Below the pieces are notes generated by a model. The model was given only the letters and a program-made list of their open reading frames with translations. It ran no database searches and had not been told where the DNA came from. Shown here one piece after another: positions 14,474 to 29,500 of a stretch of DNA of 64,000 bases. Every line of letters begins with the position of its first letter. Positions within the stretch are counted from its first letter, which is position 1. Source of the DNA: Seison nebaliae (lineage: Eukaryota); the NCBI GenBank assembly GCA_023231475.1, contig JALJEE010001321.1, forward strand, positions 1 through 64,000. The letters are read 5' to 3'. The position numbers and the translations under genes were made by a program.

Positions 14474-14567
14474 GATGTATAGTGGATCATACCAACAGTC
14501 ATTCTTCGAAGAGGAATTAACCGAAACTTTTCTTATTGAAATTATTTGAAATGTCAGTTAGTGAAAA

Positions 14568-17500
14568 ATGAGCCATTTGAATTCTGCGAACGCTAGAAGG
14601 TTCCTCCCTTCTCATAAGCATGATTGATTTTACTTTATTTCTAGTTCTAGTCGACGATCTTCTCGTCGAAGTTTAAGAGTTAAACCAGAGACAAGTCCGA
14701 GAATTGTTAATTCGCAAGTCTTACGTCAGGAACTACTTGACGCGGAAGCCGAATTCGTAAAACCGCCAGTTAAGAATGAGGAGGAAGGTGACGCTGAAGA
14801 AAAACGTTTATTGGAGGCGGCGGAAGATCGAGAAGAATTAATCAAATATATTACGACGTTAGCGAACGAATCTCAATTGTTGGAGACGTTAGTTCAAATA
14901 AAGAAGGAGGAGTTGGAACGTGAGAATCCTTACATGCATCAAACAGTCGATTATTCTCAGTTTAGTGACGCGCAAATTCCGTTTACTGATGATTCGATGG
15001 AATTGATAAAGAAGTTTGTTGATGACGCGTATACTGGAGAACTTTACATGTACTTCGATCAGGAGAATAAATTCCATTGTGAGGAACATCTGCCGAAGAA
15101 TTCGAAACAGTCCTTCTTCGTCATCTGGAAACAATCGGGAATGAGTATAAAACATATTAACGAATTTCTCGCTTATTGTGAGTATACTCATATTAAAGGA
15201 GATATGTTAAACAATCTTTTGAAGCAAACGAACAAATTATATTCTACATTGATATTTAATGACACCAGTTGGCCAGACAGTTATTCATTTATTTCACAAT
15301 ATCGATTTCATGAAGTCTTTCAGGTATTCGCAATGAATTGGCAGTTAATTTGCATAAATTCAATACGGCAGTTACCGATGCGAAATATTTGAGAGAGAAT
15401 TTGACACATTTATATTTGCCGAAGGAAGGACTTCATTTTACGGAGGAGGAATGTCTCTTGGACAAGGAATTCCTTCAACGATTAGAATGTTTCATTTTCC
15501 ATCAACAAATTTCGACGATTTCATTAATTTTATTTTAGCCATTATGATTTATTGGTCGAGACAATTGAAAAGTATTTTGACTTCACAGAAAAGTTTGGGA
15601 TTCGACGATTCGATACCGGAGAAAAGTGGACCGTTGGCGGAAATTGAGTTTTGGCGTTCTCGATGTCATGATTTGAATGGAATAAAGAAGCAGTTGGATA
15701 AATTAAGAATTTCGGAGATCATTCGTTTATTGGATTTGGGCAAATCGACATATCTCCAACAATTCGTTTCTCTGGCACGTGAAATTCGAGAGAGTTCAAA
15801 TCAAGCTGAATCGAACTTGAAATTCCTTCAAATTCTCAAAGATCCTTGTTATGAATTAGTTGAAGTGAACCTCCGTCAAATCTCCAATGTCATCCCACGA
15901 ATTTTACAATTAGTACGAATAGTATGGAGACATTCCGATTATTATAATACTGACTCGAAATTAACAGCTCTATTTAAACGGGTTTATTCTATCTTAATTC
16001 CTTCTTAATAATAATTTACAATTTTTTAGATAAGTAATGCCATCATTATAAGATGTCGTCAATCGATATCAGTCGAGAAAATTTTTAAAGGATTCATCTA
16101 TTCATGTCGTGCGTCGTTGAAAGACGCGATTAGTATTTGTAATGAATGGAGAATTCAGTATAAGAAAGCGGCGATTCTACACAATCGTTTCTCCAACGGA
16201 AAAAATAAATGGCAATTGGATGAGACAACGATCTTCGCTCAAATGGATGCCTTCCTTCAACGTTGTCACGATCTTCAAGAAATCTGCGATTGTCAAATAC
16301 ATTTCGCACGTTTCGCTGATGGTGAACGTGTCCCACCACCACAATTCGGTGGCACGAGAAGCACTCAAACTTTACGATCGTTACGAATTGTTGAGAATTC
16401 ATTCGATCGATATATCGATACATTAGGAGAAGTCGCAGATACGGCTCTCGATGTCACGTCAACAGTTTGGCATGATCGTTTCAGTAATTTCCGTTTAGCG
16501 GTACAGGATTTGGAAGTGATGATTAAGAATACAATTCGAGCTGCATTCGATACGGCCGCTAATGTGGAACAGGCGATCGAAATTCTTGATGTGTTTATGC
16601 ATTTGGCTGACCGTGAATCAGTTCGACGAACGTTAGATAAGGAAACGGTGAAAGTTCATTTGATGATCAATGACATGTTGAATTCAGTGAAACGACAAGT
16701 GACATCAGGAAAGATCATTCTCTCACCAATGATGCCTCAACATAGTGGGGCGGCTGTGTGGGCTCGCGGTGTTAAACGACGATTAGAGAGAACTATGTTA
16801 ATATTGAACATGGCACATTTCTTACCACCAACCGGTGTAGGCGAAGAGACGCGTACACAATACAAACAAGTCGTTCATGCGTTAGATGAATTGATAAGGA
16901 AACGATTTGCCGATTGGAATAATTCGTTGGATTCCACTCCTCACAAATTATTGGATCGTCCATTATTGAAACGACAGAAGAATAATCGATATCTCATTCA
17001 ATCCAATTATTCCGCCATACTTCGAATATTGATGCAAGAGATACGATATTGGGATTTGATGAATTTTGAATTTCCCAATTTCATTTCTGATTTCAATGAA
17101 CGTCGCAATGAACTTCGAAGTCTCTCGAATCATGTAGAATTGATTTGTCGTGAATATAATCGGTTTGTATTTTAATTTCAACATTTCCTCATCAATTTTT
17201 TTTAGCATTTATAAAACTTTATCGGCTGATCAACGTGGATTGTTCAAGGAGAAAGTGAAGAAATTGGATAAGAAGATGGCACCTGGTATTAATCGATTGA
17301 TGTTCCAATCGAAACAGACTGCTGATTATTTCATGCAGGATTCTCGTTCTCATATCATGAAAGTGCAACGATGGATTGACGAATATAAGAGGAAGACGAT
17401 GGCAATTTATGTCATCGTTCGAGATGTTTCCCGAGCGTTATTAGTTCAAATTGATTCGATGAGAACTTACGAAGTCGACAACTTTAACGATCTACAAGCC

Positions 17501-20500
17501 GAACATCGCCAAATGACTCAACATCATATTCATGAACTTTACAATAAAATCATCGCGACAATGAAAAGTCTTTATGAGATTTTCCGTTCAGATACCGACG
17601 ACGTACTTCAACAATGGCATATTTTCTGTGAATATATCGATGAGATGATCGAGGAAGCATTACGAATAAATCTCAAATTATCGATAAACGAAATTTTCGG
17701 GAATTTGGAAGGAAGAGTTATTCCTCTATTCAAAATTTATGCAACACTTGGCAAATACAATATTTGTATTGAGGATGATCAAATGAAATTATTGAAAATC
17801 GATCACGAATCAGAACATATCAATTTCCGTTATCGTGTCAGTGCACAACCATCAATCGATAACGTACGTGAGATAATCCTTTCAATAACTGATCATAGTA
17901 TTTGTGAAGCGTTTGCTCAATTGGATCGTCTACCCAACATCGTTTCAACCGAACGCTCATTGAAACAATCATTTGCATCAATTCTTTTGAACGATTCGGA
18001 AAAGATAAAAATGACAAGTGCACTCAGTGACACATTCGGCGTGCTTTATTTGGATGTGCAGAAATATTTAGGTACTTGGGACGAACAGAAAGACATTTAT
18101 AATGTTGATATGCAATTATTTCTGGAGAAATATCGTGACGGTGAATTGGGTATTCGATCAATCGAAGCTGATATTTCAAGATATACGGAAATTGCTAATA
18201 ATGTTGATGCGAAAGAAAGTATCAAGAATATTTCATTCATTGATATCGATAATAGTCCATTGAAAACGTCATTATGTCAATTATGTTCGGAGTGGCAGAA
18301 AGCATTTATCGATCTACTGAAAGAATTGGCGATTGAAGAATTGTTGCGATTGAGAAAAGAGTTAATCGAAGGAGCAGAAAAAGCCAGACGACCACCAGAG
18401 ACCCATTTAGATTTAGCTCCTATTGTCGCTTATCATCATGAGTTGCAACAAAAAATACCGGAGTTCGAAGCAGCTTTCCGTCCCATAAACGACAAATTTG
18501 ACCTGTTGGCTAAATATGACGTGGATATCGATCCTGATATCATCAAAAAATACAATACATTAAACGACGTATGGAAAGCATTCTTGAGTGCATTGGGAGA
18601 TGCGAAGGGAATGATTGTGAAACATAAGGAAAAATTCAAGACGAAACTATTGAATCAAACGGAAGATTTCAACAAGAATCTTGAAGCAACTGTACTCGAT
18701 TTCAAACAGAAAGGTCCCTACTCATCCAACATGGATCCGAAAGATGCCCTCAATTATATTCGTGAAATGAAAGCGAAATTGCTGTTGATGGAACAAGAGG
18801 AAGAGAATATCCGAGATACATTACGCTTATTCAATATCGATCATCCAATGTCGAAAGATATCGAATTATTGAAAATTGTTTGAAAGAATTTTTTTTCATT
18901 AATTTTTTTACAAACATTTTTAGGAGTTGGATTTAATGGAAGAGGTGTGGATGACGGTGGATGATTGGCAAACGAAATATTCTGATTGGAGTAATACTCA
19001 TTTCACTAAATTGGATGTATTATTCTTGGAAGATTATGCTACAGCCAAACTAACCAAAATGAAACATATTCATCAAGAAGTGAAGGTTTTTTTCCTTCAT
19101 CATTTTCTTTTTTCAGAAATTTCAACTAACGAGAAATTTGTTTCTTGGAATTTATTAATCTTATCATCATTAGTCAACTAATTATGTTTCTAAATTTTAA
19201 TAGGAACATATTTCCTTTGAAAAACCAACATTGTTTTCACAACTATTTTATTCTAACGACTGAATTTGATATTTTATGATTGATTCATTTGATATTCTTT
19301 TAAGATGAAACATTCGCTTTGGATTCATCGTTTCATTTCTAAATTAACAATTTTCACGATTAAAAATTTATGGATGAAACGAAGTTTTTTGGTAACTTTG
19401 TTCTCATTTTCCGTCGCAGTGTCCCCCTCGTGAAAACCTTCAGCAATGTTCCCTAAATTTTCCTTTTGTCTCCCCATAAACAATTTTTATCGTTCTACCC
19501 GGAAGAAGACGAATGTTTTACGATGAATAATTAATTTTGATTTCAATTTAGTCGAAAGATTGGGAAGTTGTTGATACTTTGATCGAAAAGTTAGAACAAT
19601 TCAAGAAATCGATGCCAATGATTAACGATTTGAACAAGAAAGCATTGCGAACTAGACATTGGGAACAAATAAAAGTTTAATGAAATTTAAAAAAAATAAT
19701 TTGATAAAAAATAATTATTTAGGAAGAAACATCAACATCATTTGATGAGACATCAGAAGATTTCACTTTAGGCGAAATCATCAGATTGAGAATGGATCAA
19801 TATGCAGTGATCATTGAAGAAGTGGCACAAGCAGCTGAGAAGGAATTTGCGATTGAAAATAAATTGAAAGATGCAACGAATATTTGGAATAGTCAGGAGA
19901 TCGATTGTGTGTATGTGAAAGAGAAACCGCAACATCGTATCAGGAACACTGACGTGATAACAACGATGATCGAAGATCATCAAGTGACGTTAAGTGCAAT
20001 GAAAACATCGAAATTTGTGAAACCGTTTTATGCGGAAGTGGATTATCTCGAACGAACGATATCAAAGATATTAGAAATTATCGAACTTCTATTGAGTGTT
20101 CAACGTCAGTGGTTGTATTTAGAGAATATTTTCGGTTCAGGTGAAGATATCCGACGACAACTCCCTCAGGAATCGAGAGAGTTCGATATCATCGATCTGG
20201 AATGGAAAGAAGTGATGAAAACGGTGTACGCCAATCCAAACGCTTATATGGCCACTCATCAGAAAGGAATTGATGAACGATTAGCATTATTAATCAAAAG
20301 ACAAGAAAGTATTCAGAAGAGTTTGGAAGAATATTTGGAGACGAAACGAATTGCTTTCCCCAGATTCTATTTCATATCGAATGATGATCTACTCCAAATT
20401 TTGGGTTTGTCAAAACTTCCAAATAAAGTGATGGTACATATGAAGAAATTGTTTGACAATTTGAGGAATATGGACGTGAAGAAACTTCACATACCAGGAG

Positions 20501-23500
20501 CAGCGGCAGCAGTTGTACGATATGAAGCGAGTACGATGGAATCGGGAGATGGAGAAATTGTACCGTTGACCCAACCGGCTAGCTTGAATGGACCGGTGGA
20601 ATTGTGGTTGAAGGAAGTGGAGAAATTGATGAGAAGTACACTTCAAGTTCGTTTGAAGGAATGTCGTGTTTCATTGAAACGTTTGTCGAACTCGTTAGAT
20701 TTATGGTTGAAAGAGAATCCGGGACAATTGTGTATTGTGACGAGTCAGATTCAATGGACGATCGATTGTGAACGAACGTTGATGCAAGTGAAAGAGAAAG
20801 GTGATAAGCGGCCATTTAAAATTATGAGAAGAAAACAAATTCAATATTTAGCCAAGTTCTCCGAAATGATACGACAACAAGCGTTAAATCGACAGAAACT
20901 CGTTGCCTTAGTAACGATCGAAGTGCACGCGAGAGATGTCATCGAAAGATTAATAAAATCGCCATCTTGTCAAGACATCTCATCATTCGATTGGCTCATG
21001 CAACAACGTTATTATTGGGATAAACATAAAGAGATTTGCATCATTCGACAAACCAATACGGAATTCCATTACGGTTATGAATATATTGGAAATTCTGGTC
21101 GATTAGTCATCACACCCTTAACCGACAGATGTTACTTAACTCTAACAACTGCCTTATATCTACATCGAGGAGGTTCACCGAAAGGACCTGCTGGTACCGG
21201 AAAAACGGAAACGGTGAAAGATTTGGGTAAATCGCTAGGTCAATATGTTATCGTAATTAATTGTAGTGATGGTTTGGATTATAAGTCGATGGGAAGAATG
21301 TTTTCTGGATTCGCCCAATCTGGTGCTTGGGGTTGCTTCGATGAGTTCAATCGTATCAATGTGGAAGTATTATCAGTGGTAGCGCAACAAATAACGAGTA
21401 TTTTGAAAGCGTTAGCGAGAAATGTCGATAGTTTTGTATTCGAAGGACGAGAAATAACATTGACACCAACATGTGGTATTTTCATTACAATGAATCCAGG
21501 TTATGCGGGTCGTTCAGAATTGCCTGATAACTTGAAATCGATGTTCCGACCAATAGCGATGGTTGTACCTGATTCATCTTATATTGCTGAAATAACATTA
21601 TTTGGTGAAGGTTTCAATAATACGAGAACACTCGCCAGAAAAGCACATACTCTCTATCGGTTGGCAATTCAACAACTATCGAAACAAGATCATTATGATT
21701 TCGGTTTACGATCACTCGTTTCCGTATTGAGACATGCTGGAAATAAAAAACGGAAATATCCCACATTGAACGACGAAGAGATTTTGTTATTGGCCATGAA
21801 TGATATGAATATCCCTAAAATGACACCGTCCGATTTACCTCTATTTTCTGGAATTGTTTCCGATCTCTTTCCCAGTATCACTCCTAAACCGATCGAATAT
21901 AAAGATTTCGGAACGGCAATTACAACCGCTTTCACCGAACATACATTACAACCAACTGAAGCAGCAGTGACGAAAGTCACTCAATTATACGAAACTTTGA
22001 AATCGCGACATTCGGTCATGATTGTGGGAGACACACAATCTGGTAAATCGACCACATGGAAAATGCTCCAATGTGCTGTGAATGAAATGAGCGAGAAATA
22101 TAAAACGACTGATAGTGCACCATCTGAATGGAATCGTATTTTCGAATATCCACTCAATCCCAAAACGTTAAGTCTCGGCGAGATTTATGGTGATTTCAAT
22201 TTGAGCACGAATGAATGGACGGATGGAATTCTCTCATCACTTATGAGACATATCTGTTCCGATACGACACCGGCCGTTAAATGGTTACTGTTCGATTCGC
22301 CCGTAGACACTTTATGGATTGAAAGTATGAATTCCGTTATGGATGATAATAAAATTTTAACATTAATCAATGGCGAACGTATATCGATGCCACCTCAAGT
22401 ATCTTTACTCTTCGAATTGGATTCATTGGCAGTTGCTTCACCAGCCACAGTTTCACGCTGTGGTATGGTTTTCTGTCATCTAGCCAATGTTGGATGGAAG
22501 GCGTTGGTGAATTCGTGGTTATCCACTAAATCGAAAGCACTCACTGCCATTTTACAACCGTCGATTGATAAATATTTCCAGAAAACTTTAGATTTCATTC
22601 GAACCAATTGTAAGACTATTGTTCAAGTTACCGACATGGAAGGCGTTCGTTCATTCTGTACGATATTTGATGTGTTCGCTGATGAGTATGCGAGAAGTGC
22701 CGATCCAAATGGAACGTTCTATTCACGTCATATTGATATGTGGTTCATCTTCTCACTCATCTGGAGTATTGGCGGAGCATTAGACGAAGTGGGTCGAAAG
22801 AAATTAGATTCATTACTTCGAGAAATGGAAGGCACTTTCCCTAATAAAGATTCCGTATATGAATATTATGTAGACGTACAACATCAGAATTGGATGTTAT
22901 GGGAAGAGAAATTGAGAAGTTCTTGGAAATATGATCCAATGATCCCTTTCTTCAAAATTATCGTACCGACAGTAGACACAGTCCGATACAAATATCTCGT
23001 CACCAATTTGGTATTGGCCAAACATCCGGTCTTGTTAGTGGGTCCAGTAGGTACGGGAAAGACAAGTGTCGCTCAAGATGTCATCAGTAATTTAGACAGT
23101 ATGATGTATGGAAGTCTCATAGTCAATATGTCAGCGCAAACGACATCAAGAAATCTGCAAATGATTCTTGAAACTAAATTTGAAAAACGAACGAAAGGTC
23201 ATTATGTGCCGAAAGTAGGACAGAATCTGATCGCCTTCCTCGATGATATGAATATGCCGGCGAAAGATGAATTCGGTTCTCAACCGCCTCTCGAATTATT
23301 GAGACATTGGATGGATTACGGTTTCTGGTATAATCGACAAGATCAAACACGAATGTATATGCAGGAAATGTTTACGATGGGTGCAATGGGTCCACCAGGT
23401 GGTGGACGAATGCAAATCTCACCAAGATTCCAATCACGATTTTGTGTAATCAATATGACATTCCCAACTGAAACGGAAATTAAACGAATATTCGGTTCGA

Positions 23501-26500
23501 TGTTAAAACAGAAATTGGAAGATTTCAGTGGGGATATTAGCAATTATGGTGAATCATTAACTAATGCTACCATTGAGATGTATAATGAAGTCATCAAACG
23601 ATTTTTACCAACACCAACTAAAATACATTATCTCTTCAATATGAGAGATATATCGAAAGTTTTCTATATCTCCTCCAACTCAATATAAATTCACTTTCTC
23701 TAAAGATATTTCAAGGGCTACTCCGAATAACAAACACGGAAGAATATGCCACATCAACATCTCTCGTCCGTTTGTGGGTTCATGAAAATTTCAGGTTTCA
23801 TCATTTCTCATATCTCACCTTATTATCTTTCTCACAGAGTCTTCCATGATCGTCTCAATGACGAAAGAGATGTCAAATTGTTCATCGATATATTATCCGA
23901 TAAATTAGGAACTCAATTGGATTTGACTTATCATAATCTTTGTCAAAACAAAATCCCACCAATCTTCTGTTCACTTTATTCATTATCTTCTCTTGTTCAT
24001 TATGTTTATGATATAGGTGATTTTATCACATCTGATCATCGATATGTCGATATTTTCGATTATGCCAATTTGAAAGCATATCTCGAACAACAATTAGGTG
24101 AATTCAATTTGACTACAAAATCATTAAAAATGGATTTAGTCTTTTTCCGCGATGCTGTCCAACATGGTTCTTTTGAACTCATCATCTTTGAAATTCACTT
24201 CATTAATTTCTAGTTACAAGAATTACACGTGTTATACGTCAAAGTCATGGTAATATGTTGTTGATTGGAGTTGGTGGTTCAGGACGACAATGTCTATCTC
24301 GTTTAGCGTCATTCATTTGTCACTTTACCGCATTCCAAACGGAGGTACATAAAGGATATACTCATGGTGATTTCCGTGAAGGTTTTCTTGAAAAAATTTA
24401 AATTCGTCCAATTATTAACGTGATTTCTATAGATATCAAACAACTATACAATAATGTTGCCCTATCCAATAGGGAACAAGTGTTTCTGTTTGCTGATACG
24501 CAAATCGTCGATGAACTGTTCTTAGAGGATATTAATAATATGTTGTCATCTGGTGAAGTACCTAATTTGTATCGACAGGAAGAGATTGATGAGATCAAAA
24601 CCGTTCTGCAGGATATTGCTCGACGACAAGGAATAGAAGATTCGGTGAATGCAGTCTTTCAATTCTTTTTAGACAGAGTTAAATCAAATTTAAGAATCAT
24701 CGTTTGTATGAGTCCGGTGGGGGAAATATTTAGGTTTTCATTCATTCATTTCGTTACCGTTTAGAAACTGTTCAATTTGTAGGAATCGTATTCGAATGTA
24801 TCCAGCATTAGTTAATTGTACGACGATCGACTTGTTTACAGATTGGCCGGCGGAAGCTCTGTTGGAAGTGGCGGAGAAATATGTGGGACACATTGATTTG
24901 GGAGAGAATTCGAATGTTAGATTTTTATTTTTGTGTGATGTGAACGTTGTGGAATTGAATGGACGTTCATCTGAAATTCATTTTGAATTTTGAATGTTTT
25001 CAACTAATTTGTTTTTCATCAACATTTTAAAGTTGATTTCACAAGATTATTTGGATGTGCTTAAAGGACATCTAACGCCTTCAAAACAATCTCCGACTCA
25101 TAACGAAAAAAAGGAGTCGTCAGGGAATGATGAGATATTCATATCTCAAAAGACTTTATTAGATCAAGTAATTATTTGATAGTTGATGATACTGTCGTCA
25201 ATACTCGTCAATAGTCTACCATTTATGTATATTCATCTATTATTGTTGTGAGGAGATGATCTCCTTCCTTATGTATCAATTGCTTTAGTCAAATATTCTG
25301 ATGATTGTGCAAAAAGATATTTTCCGTCTTTCTTGTCCTTTGTCGTTGTCATTTCCGAAGTATTTCCTGTTATTGTACCGATGACAACCACTTTCTATTC
25401 TTTTAGTTCAATGTCTAATCAACTAACATCTTTTGAAGATTTTATTAAATATTTGTGATGAAATTCGCTGTTAGAAACGAATATAACTTTATTTCTTCCC
25501 CCCCAAAATTTCTTCTCTCTTTTTTCCTTCACTTGATAATTTCATATTTCTCCTAATGAAAAATAGTGTCGTAATGAATTGGCGGTGGTATTGACCAAGA
25601 TCCATACATCAGCACGAGAATCGGCCTTGATGATGAAAGAGGATATGCAACGAGACAATTATATAACTCCATTCATTTATCTGGAAATGTGTTCGAATTA
25701 CAAAACGTTAGAAATGTGATAAGTTAAGTAAGTTAAAGTTTAATTTTTTCTAGGATTTTGGAGAATAAGAAAACTGAATTGGGAACTGCCCGAGATAAGT
25801 TGAAAGGTGGTTTATCAAAAATTGCAGAAACCAGTGACAAAGTGGAGCAGATGAGTGAGAGTTTAGAAATCGACAAAATTAAAGTACTTCAATTCCAGAA
25901 GGAATGTGAAGAGTTCTTATTCGATATAGTTCAACAGAAACGAGAAGCTGATGACAAACAGAAAGCGGTACAGAATACGAAATTGAAGATAGCTGATGAA
26001 GAGGTTCGTTGTGAAGGGATAGCTGAGACGGCTAAAGCGGAATTAGCGGAAGCGATGCCTGCTTATGAAGAAGCGAAAGAAGCTTTGAATCAATTATCGA
26101 AAAGAGACATTGCTGAAGTGAAAGCTTTCACTCGACCACCCAGACTAGTCCAATTGGTATTGGAAGCGGTTATGGTCATGAAACAATTAGAACCGTCATG
26201 GGCGGAAGCGAAACGTCAATTGGATAAACCAGGATTCTTGAAGGATCTCCAGAATTTTGATAAAGATAATATCAGTGATCGAACATTGAGGAAAATCGTG
26301 CATTATACGAGTGACAGAGATTTCATGCCAGATCTAGTTGGACGTGTAAGTACGGCAGCAAAATCGTTATGTATGTGGGTAAGAGCGATTGAAGCGTATG
26401 GCCACATTTATCGTGTGGTACATCCGAAACAACAACGATATGATCAAGCTCAAGCTGATTTGAATGAGAAACGACTAAAATTACAAGAAGCAGAAAATGA

Positions 26501-29500
26501 TTTAGCTGAGAATCAGAAACGAATCGATGAATTGCAACAACAATATAAAGAGAAAATGGAGACGAAAGATGAATTGGCGAGGAAGGCTCAATATACGGAA
26601 ATGATGTTAGATCGAGCATCGAAAATTGTCAGTGGGTTAGCGGGTGAAAGGGAACGATGGCAAGAGACGGTGGAGGAATTAGAAGAGAAATTAAAGATTC
26701 TCATCGGCGATTGTTTATTGGCCATCGGTTTTATTTGTTATTTTGGTCCATTCGTCACATCATATCGTTTGTCGATGATACGTATTTGGCGGAATGAATT
26801 AAGACGATTAGAGATTCCATTTGATCCTTCATTCGAAGCCATCGCATTCTTATCCAAACCGACATTAATACGTCAATGGAATATTCAAGGATTACCATCA
26901 GATGATTTCTCCATCCAAAATGGATGTATCGTCAATAAATCATTCCGATTTCCTTTATTGATCGATCCACAAGGTCAAGGCACTAAATGGATTAAGAGGA
27001 TGGAAAAGAAGAATTCTTTAGTGACCATCGATCCATATCAATCCGATTTCGTCATACGATTAAGAAATGCCATCACTAACGGTTTCCCATGTCTAATGAT
27101 GAACGTTCAAGAGAAATTGGATCCAGTGTTGAATCCGATTTTATTGAAACAAATCAAAACTTCGGAGAAAGGCGAATCGACTATCAATGTCGGTTCGGTC
27201 GATATCACTTATCATCCCAACTTCTTCTTTTATATGGCGACGAAATTATCCAATCCGAATTTCGCCCCAGAACTCTCCGCTAAAGTTTCCATCGTCAATT
27301 TCGCAGTTATCGAACAAGGTATGGAAGCGCAGTTATTGGGCAGTGTGGTGAAGAAGGAGAAACCGGATTTGGAACAACAGAAACATGATCTGGTCGTGAA
27401 TATTGCGGAGAAGAAACAATCTCTTGTCGATCTGGAAGATAAAATTGTTATGATATTAACGGAAACGAAGGGAAGTTTATTGGACGATGAGAATTTGGTT
27501 AACACTTTAGAAGTATCGAAAGCGACAGCTAAAGATGTCACCGAATCATTGATAACTGCAGAGAACACTGAGAAGAAGATTGATGCAGCTCGTGAAGCTT
27601 ATCGACCATGTGCTATTCGTGCCTCCATTTTATTCTTTACTCTCAATTCTTTATCATTCGTTGAACCGATGTATCAATATTCATTAGATTCATATATTTC
27701 ACTTTTCAACAATTCCATCGAGAAGAGTCAGAAGAGTGCGAAACAAGATGAACGTATTCACCATCTTAACGATTATCATACATACGCCGTATATCGCTTT
27801 ACATGTCGCGGTCTCTTCGAAAGACACAAATTAATTTTTGCTTTCAGAATGTGTCTCAAAATCATGGAATCACAATCGAAAGTTAATCAGGAGGAATATC
27901 TATTCTTTTTGAGAGGTGGAACTGTTTTAGATCGTGACACTCAATCTGACAATCCGTGTGCACAATGGCTCCCCGAAATGTTATGGGACAATATAACGGA
28001 GTTAGATAAATTGCCCAACTTCCGTGGAATAATTCAATCTTTCGAACAATTTCCTCGTGATTGGCACCAATGGTTCCAGATACCCGAACCAGAAAAAGCG
28101 ACCTTACCTGGCGAATGGGATTCATTGTTGAATGATCTCCAACGATTAATTATCGTTAGATCATTACGTCCCGATCGTATTGCCTTTTGTGTCACACAAT
28201 TCATCATTACCAATATTGGAATGAAATATGTGGAACCGCCAGTGTTAGATATGAAACAATTGGTGGATGAATCGAATTGTCGAACACCTCTAATTTTTGT
28301 GTTGTCGCCTGGTGTTGATCCCACACAGAAACTATTAGATTTAGCAGAAAGGTGTCGAATGGCTGATAATACTCATGCTTTATCGTTGGGTCAGGGACAG
28401 GCACCGATCGCGTCACGAATGATTCAAGAAGGAATATCGAAAGGCAGTTGGATCTATCTCGCTAATTGTCATCTATCATTGTCATGGATGCCCGAATTGG
28501 ACAAATTAGTCGAACAACTCCAACATGAAACTCTACATCCAACCTTTAGATTGTGGTTGTCTTCGGCACCCGATCCCAATTTTCCGGTGAGTATCCTTCA
28601 GAATTCGGTGAAGATAACAACCGAACCGCCGAAAGGTATCAAATCGAATATGAAACGATTATACGGATTGATTAACGAACAACATTTCGAACGATGTAGC
28701 AAAGCGGAGAAATACAAAAAATTATTATATTGTCTCTGTTTCTTCCATACAGTTCTATTGGAGAGGAAGAAGTTCTTACAACTGGGTTGGAATGTCGATT
28801 ATCCGTTCAACGATTCCGATTTCGAAGTATCTGATAATCTCTTATCACTTTATCTCGACGAGTATGACGAGACACCGTGGGATGCATTGAAATATCTCAT
28901 TGCTACCATCAATTATGGTGGTCATTTAACGGACGAATGGGATATGCGTCTTCTTCAGTCCTATATCAACAGTTATTTCGTCGAAGATGTTCTCTCTGTC
29001 GAATTCTTCAAGTTCAGTCGTTTTTTCTCAAATATTCAAATATTTCAATTATTTTTAGATTATCCAACACTCGATTCTACATCGTACCACGTGACGGTAC
29101 ATTAAACACTTATCGAGATGTTGTTAATCTTCTTCCGTCTACTGATCATCCTGAAGCATTTGGACAACATCCGAATGCTGACATCTCCTCTCAAATCAAA
29201 GAAGCTGATAGTTTATTCAAATGTCTTGCATTAATGCAACCCGAAGGTGCTTCAGTTAGTCATCCTAATATTTTATTATTTAATAAGTTAATTTTATTTA
29301 TTAGCAATCGACTTACGGAGAAACAGAAGAACTAGATGATGATGATGATATATCGATAAAACGAAAAAAAGTGGAGAAACATGAACCGAAAGTTTTGGAG
29401 AATTGTGCAAAGATTCTCGAACAATTACCTACTCAAATCGACTATGAGAGTGCGGTGAAAATCTTCGCAGAAGACGATTCACCATTAACCGTTGTCTTGT

